The position numbers were made by a program, and so were the translations under genes. Source: Oligoflexales bacterium (GTDB taxonomy: Bacteria > Bdellovibrionota_B > Oligoflexia > Oligoflexales > RGVZ01). From it: a DNA stretch of 20,987 nt. How positions within the stretch are numbered: the stretch's first letter is position 1; each line of letters starts with the position of its first letter. The stretch spans positions 1-20,987 of the forward strand of contig JBIIGV010000045.1 of assembly GCA_044236265.1 (NCBI GenBank), read 5' to 3'. The notes below the pieces were generated by a model. It saw nothing but the letters and a program-made list of their open reading frames with translations, did not search any database and was not told where the DNA came from. Below are positions 17,207 to 20,987 of this stretch, one piece after another.

Positions 17207-17312
17207 CGCTAATTCATTTTGGCCCTTGATGCCTTGTTGCCTTAACGCCTCATTTGTAGAAAAATTTCGATAAATCTTTGTGCCATAACGCTAGGAAAAA
17301 GGAGCTCTACGT

Positions 17313-18497
17313 ATGTTCTTACAAAACTTTCCTCCCATGGGCGTTTATGAAACACTTTTCAAATTTCAAGATGCCACCGGGCACTATATGGGTGATGCTG
17401 GAACAAGCCCTTGGGCGCAGGGATTTCCTCTGACCACACAACTTCCCGGAGGGCCTGAGCTTCCATCTTCGGTTTCTTTTGCATCAACTGATTTAAAATA
17501 TCCAGCTGCAGCGGGTATCGATCCGCTTCGTATTGCCATTCGCGATTACTACAATCACTTCTACGGAGCTAGCATCACGGAAGACAACATCGCCGTGTTT
17601 GCTGGAGGTCGTCCGGCAATTTTTGCGACTATGTTATTTCTAAATCCTGACGTCAAAGTATTGATCGAAGAAACGGAATACACACCCTACTACGACAAAC
17701 TAAAACTTCTAAACCGTGCGCACAAAATTATCCCAAGTAACGTTCAAAATCGGTTTCGACCAACACTTGAAGATTACCGAAAAGCCAGAAAAGACGCGGG
17801 CAGCCCAACACTGATGATAAAAAGTAACCCCTGCAACCCGACAGGAGTTACTTGGGAGAACGAGCAACTTCAGCAAGCAGTCGCGTTTGCATCTGAACAG
17901 GGCCACGGTGCTATTTTTGATGAGGCTTACGAATTTTTCTCTGAGAGTGGACCTGTCAGTGCGATGAAGTATGTCAAAAATATTGATGACTCAAATATCT
18001 TTGTGATTGGCGCAGCCACAAAGGGCCTACAAGTCCCCGGAATGCGCACGGGCTGGGTCATAGCATCCAAAAAACACATCGAGATATTTAGAAATTTCTC
18101 CTCGATCGCCATGGGCGGCGTCTCAAGACCATCACAACTTTACGTAGCAAACCTACTGAAGCTTGACCGCGTTGAAAAAGCCCGCAAAGCCGTAGTCAAC
18201 TTTTACAATGATCAACGTGCGCGCTACAAGAAAGGCCTTGAAGCACTTGGCGTCGAGCTATTCACAGGAACCGGAGGGTTTTACCACTGGGGAAAACTTC
18301 CTGGTGGCTTGACCGCTGATGAATTTAATAATCGCCTTTTTAAACACAAGGCGGCCATTTTGCCTGGAACCCTATGTGACATGAATCGTCTTGGGGTAAA
18401 AGGCATCCACAATCAGTTCATGAGATTTTCATTCGGTCCTTTGAGTCCAGAGTCTTACAATCGCGATATAGAGGTGATTAAAACCTGTTTAGGTTAA
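17313..18497 (+). CDS. PLP-dependent aminotransferase, class I/II
   Basis: SNPCNPTG, FDEAY, ATKGLQVPGMRTGW (PLP lysine) and FMRFSF. AGGAG SD. Confidence 0.9.
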   Translation: MFLQNFPPMGVYETLFKFQDATGHYMGDAGTSPWAQGFPLTTQLPGGPELPSSVSFASTDLKYPAAAGIDPLRIAIRDYYNHFYGASITEDNIAVFAGGRPAIFATMLFLNPDVKVLIEETEYTPYYDKLKLLNRAHKIIPSNVQNRFRPTLEDYRKARKDAGSPTLMIKSNPCNPTGVTWENEQLQQAVAFASEQGHGAIFDEAYEFFSESGPVSAMKYVKNIDDSNIFVIGAATKGLQVPGMRTGWVIASKKHIEIFRNFSSIAMGGVSRPSQLYVANLLKLDRVEKARKAVVNFYNDQRARYKKGLEALGVELFTGTGGFYHWGKLPGGLTADEFNNRLFKHKAAILPGTLCDMNRLGVKGIHNQFMRFSFGPLSPESYNRDIEVIKTCLG

Positions 18498-18504
18498 GGA
18501 GAAG

Positions 18505-19098
18505 ATGCTAATGACGATATATAGGCGCGAGTGGGATGATGGTGTGGTGATTAGAGAACTCTCGCTAGAAGAAAATGACCAGTTCATAGGACCTCATCAT
18601 AGTGAGATTTTCAACACCGCTCAACCTCGCATCTTTGCTAATTCCTTTTATACGAATGAAGAAAAAACTAAGCTTAAAGAACTAAGTGAGCTTTATAAAG
18701 GGTATCACCTAACGCTTGGCGCTTTTTTTAAAGGAGACTTTGCGGGCTGGCACTTTGGCCTGCAAACTGCTGCTGACACATATTTCATGAGAAACTCAGC
18801 TGTACTTCCTGATTTTCGTAGAAGGCGTATTTACGAGAGGCTGCTTCATGCAACCTTGGAGAAGGTAACTGCCGCCGGCTTTCAGAGAGTCACGAGCGAC
18901 CACCACCCGTCAAATACGGCAGTCCTCATTGCCAAGTTAAAGGCTGGATTTTGGATCTCAGGTGTTCATGTGGACGACCGATTTGGAACACTTGTCGACT
19001 TAGTTTGGTATCCCCATCAAGTTAGACGAGACGCTTTTGAGTACCGCGTTGGTCATACCTTTCCGTCCTCATCAGTTCAAAAACTTTTGGAAAGATAA
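18505..19098 (+). CDS. GNAT family N-acyltransferase
   Basis: Motif A variant AVLPDFRRRRIYERL and motif B N.AVLIAKLKAGF. The SD AAGGAG overlaps the upstream stop codon. Confidence 0.85.
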   Translation: MLMTIYRREWDDGVVIRELSLEENDQFIGPHHSEIFNTAQPRIFANSFYTNEEKTKLKELSELYKGYHLTLGAFFKGDFAGWHFGLQTAADTYFMRNSAVLPDFRRRRIYERLLHATLEKVTAAGFQRVTSDHHPSNTAVLIAKLKAGFWISGVHVDDRFGTLVDLVWYPHQVRRDAFEYRVGHTFPSSSVQKLLER

Positions 19099-19158
19099 TG
19101 CTGCAAGGGCGGTAATATTATCTGTTTTGAAAACACGAACTAAAGACAGGTCAACACA

Positions 19159-20676
19159 GTGAGTAATAGTTCTCTTTACGAAAAAATCACGATTGACGAT
19201 GCTTATAACCCAGAACGAGTTCGAATTCATGCTCAGCAATTAGGCCAATGCCTTGAAAGATATTACGCGGAATGTCAGAGCCTTGGTGGTCGCACGCTAC
19301 CAACGCTCGATCCAGGTCGCTACGTTGAGATGGCTGCGGATTTGCTTGAATATCCGAAAGCAGATTTTCGTGAGCTGGTTGAACTAGCTCTTAAATTTAG
19401 TCACAGACTTCACGATCCTCGCTACATGGGTCACCAAGTTCCTCCAACCATACCCACCGCTGCACTTTTTGACACGATCGGCAAAGCCACCAATCAAGGG
19501 GCTGCTGTCTTTGAGATGGCGCCATTCGGCACAGCCGCCGAAAAGGCTCTCATACAAAAAATGGGGAAGATGATTGGCTGGACCAAGGGTAAATTTGCGG
19601 GTATTGGCACCCACGGCGGAACTCTCGCCAACGTCACCGCATTACTCGCCGCTCGTAACGTCCGCTATCAAGACGGATGGAAACAAGGATTTGCTAACAG
19701 TTCAAAACTAAAACCTGCCATCATGACAAGTGCTGAAAGCCATTACTGCATCGCAAGAGCCTGTGGAATTCTTGGCATTGGTACCGAGCAACTGATCAAA
19801 GTACCCGTCGACAAAAAGCGGCGCATGGATACTGGCGAGGCTAGACGCCTACTCGACAAGGCCAAAGATCAAGGACTTGATGTGTTTGCGATTGTGGGCT
19901 CTGCATGCACCACACCAACTGGCTCATTTGATAATCTTCGTGATGTGGGACAAATCGCGAAAGACTACGGCCTTTGGTTTCACGTAGACGGCGCTCACGG
20001 GGCAAGCTTTCTTTTTTCTGATAAACATCGTCATATTTTAGACGGAATCGATCTCGCCGACTCGGTGGCATGGGATGCGCACAAAATGCTTTTTGTGCCA
20101 GCCCTGTGCACATACCTTTTCTACAAAGACGCCAAGCATAGTTGGGAGGCGTTTTCTCAAGATGCTCCGTACCTATTTGATCCAAGTGATCCACAAGGAA
20201 TGGCGGAATTTGACGGCGGACTTCGTACGTTTGAATGCACAAAAGGTGCAATGTCTCTTGGACTTTGGGGTGTTTGGAGTCTTTACGGCAAACAGTTTAT
20301 TGCCTCTTTAATTGAAAAAGCCGTGGAAAACACGCATCTTCTTTATGAAAAAATCTCGAAGTCCAATGACTTCGAGGTCGCACACGAGCCCCAATGCAAT
20401 ATCTTGTGCTTTCGCTACTTGCCAGCGGATCGAAAAAATATCTCTTCGCAGGATCTTTCAAGCCTTCAACAAAAAATCCGACAGCAATTATTACATGAAG
20501 GCGAAGGCTACATCACAGCCACCAAACTTGACGGCGAATACTGGCTCAGAGTCACTGTCATTAATCCACTCACCGACGACAGTCACTTAAGGGCACTGCT
20601 CGGCAAAATTAGGACTGTAGGTGCAGTATTCTCTCCCTCATCTTTACCAAGAGGTGGAATCGAACCAGACCTCTGA
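19159..20676 (+). CDS. Group II PLP-dependent amino-acid decarboxylase (DABA/glutamate/lysine decarboxylase-like)
   Basis: HDPRYMGHQ, GGTLAN.TAL.AAR, SHYCIARA, SACTT.TGSFD, WFHVDGAHG, ADSVAWDAHKML (PLP lysine), NILCFRY and LRVTVINP. Confidence 0.92.
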   Translation: MSNSSLYEKITIDDAYNPERVRIHAQQLGQCLERYYAECQSLGGRTLPTLDPGRYVEMAADLLEYPKADFRELVELALKFSHRLHDPRYMGHQVPPTIPTAALFDTIGKATNQGAAVFEMAPFGTAAEKALIQKMGKMIGWTKGKFAGIGTHGGTLANVTALLAARNVRYQDGWKQGFANSSKLKPAIMTSAESHYCIARACGILGIGTEQLIKVPVDKKRRMDTGEARRLLDKAKDQGLDVFAIVGSACTTPTGSFDNLRDVGQIAKDYGLWFHVDGAHGASFLFSDKHRHILDGIDLADSVAWDAHKMLFVPALCTYLFYKDAKHSWEAFSQDAPYLFDPSDPQGMAEFDGGLRTFECTKGAMSLGLWGVWSLYGKQFIASLIEKAVENTHLLYEKISKSNDFEVAHEPQCNILCFRYLPADRKNISSQDLSSLQQKIRQQLLHEGEGYITATKLDGEYWLRVTVINPLTDDSHLRALLGKIRTVGAVFSPSSLPRGGIEPDL

Positions 20677-20733
20677 TAATTCATAATCATTTCAGGCGCC
20701 TGCAATCTATGCGCGTTCGAATTTATAAATTAT

Positions 20734-20761
20734 TAAAGATTACGATGGATTAAGCCGAATT
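20734..20761 (+). promoter_or_regulatory. Sigma-28 (FliA)-like promoter
   Basis: TAAAG-N15-GCCGAATT upstream of the ORF starting at 20870. Confidence 0.5.
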
Positions 20762-20869
20762 CCCCCTTAGCCCTGAAGGCCTGCATCGGAAACTCCAGCT
20801 GGATATTGTCACTTCGTTATTTTTGGATGCAGATCGGCGAGTGAAAGAATTAAAAAAGAGGAAATAGTC

Positions 20870-20987
20870 ATGAATCTTGGAAAATTTGCATTCCCGAAAT
20901 TGTCCATTGTCGTTGCTGCATTTACTTTTTATGCATTGCCAAGTGCGACGCTAGGCAACCCTAATTACCCTGTGGACAATGCTACAG
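20870..20987 (+). CDS. 5' part of a probable secreted protein, running off the window
   Basis: ATG at 20870 with GAGG upstream; MNLGKFAFPKLSIVVAAFTFYALPSATLGNPNYPVDNAT... looks like a signal peptide, and the frame is open to the window end. Confidence 0.65.
   Translation, partial: MNLGKFAFPKLSIVVAAFTFYALPSATLGNPNYPVDNAT

Noticed and set aside
17269..17286. Minus-strand TGGCAC as a sigma-54 -24 box
   Set aside because: No GC at the -12 position.
18505..20676. Desferrioxamine-type siderophore cluster
   Set aside because: No N-hydroxylase, IucA/IucC synthetase or identifiable receptor in the window, and the acyltransferase does not show recognisable AlcB/IucB features.

Overview
A gene-dense bacterial chromosomal window of moderate GC content, with no mobile elements, CRISPR arrays, rRNA or tRNA genes that I can see. 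Gene content and style suggest a Bdellovibrionota/Oligoflexia-like or other delta-type organism (inference only). Housekeeping genes are dnaJ, panB, murB, a uvrA homologue and lepA. They are interspersed with a CREST/ceramidase-like membrane protein, a PuuD(DUF989)-type membrane protein followed by a separate cytochrome c, a SAM-methyltransferase-like protein, a POTRA-less Omp85 barrel, a SPOR protein, several lipoproteins/secreted proteins and a lytic transglycosylase. A three-gene PLP aminotransferase-GNAT-PLP decarboxylase cluster lies near the right end. The most interesting signals are non-coding: (i) a near-consensus sigma-54 promoter at 3200-3216 (minus strand) pointing at an unannotated ~100-nt element (sRNA or leaderless 34-aa ORF); (ii) six GGA motifs in small hairpins at 17115-17206, resembling a Csr/Rsm-binding RNA; (iii) three sigma-28-like promoters with identical spacing, each in front of a lipoprotein or secreted-protein gene. 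I cannot establish a wholly new system from sequence alone; these are candidates.
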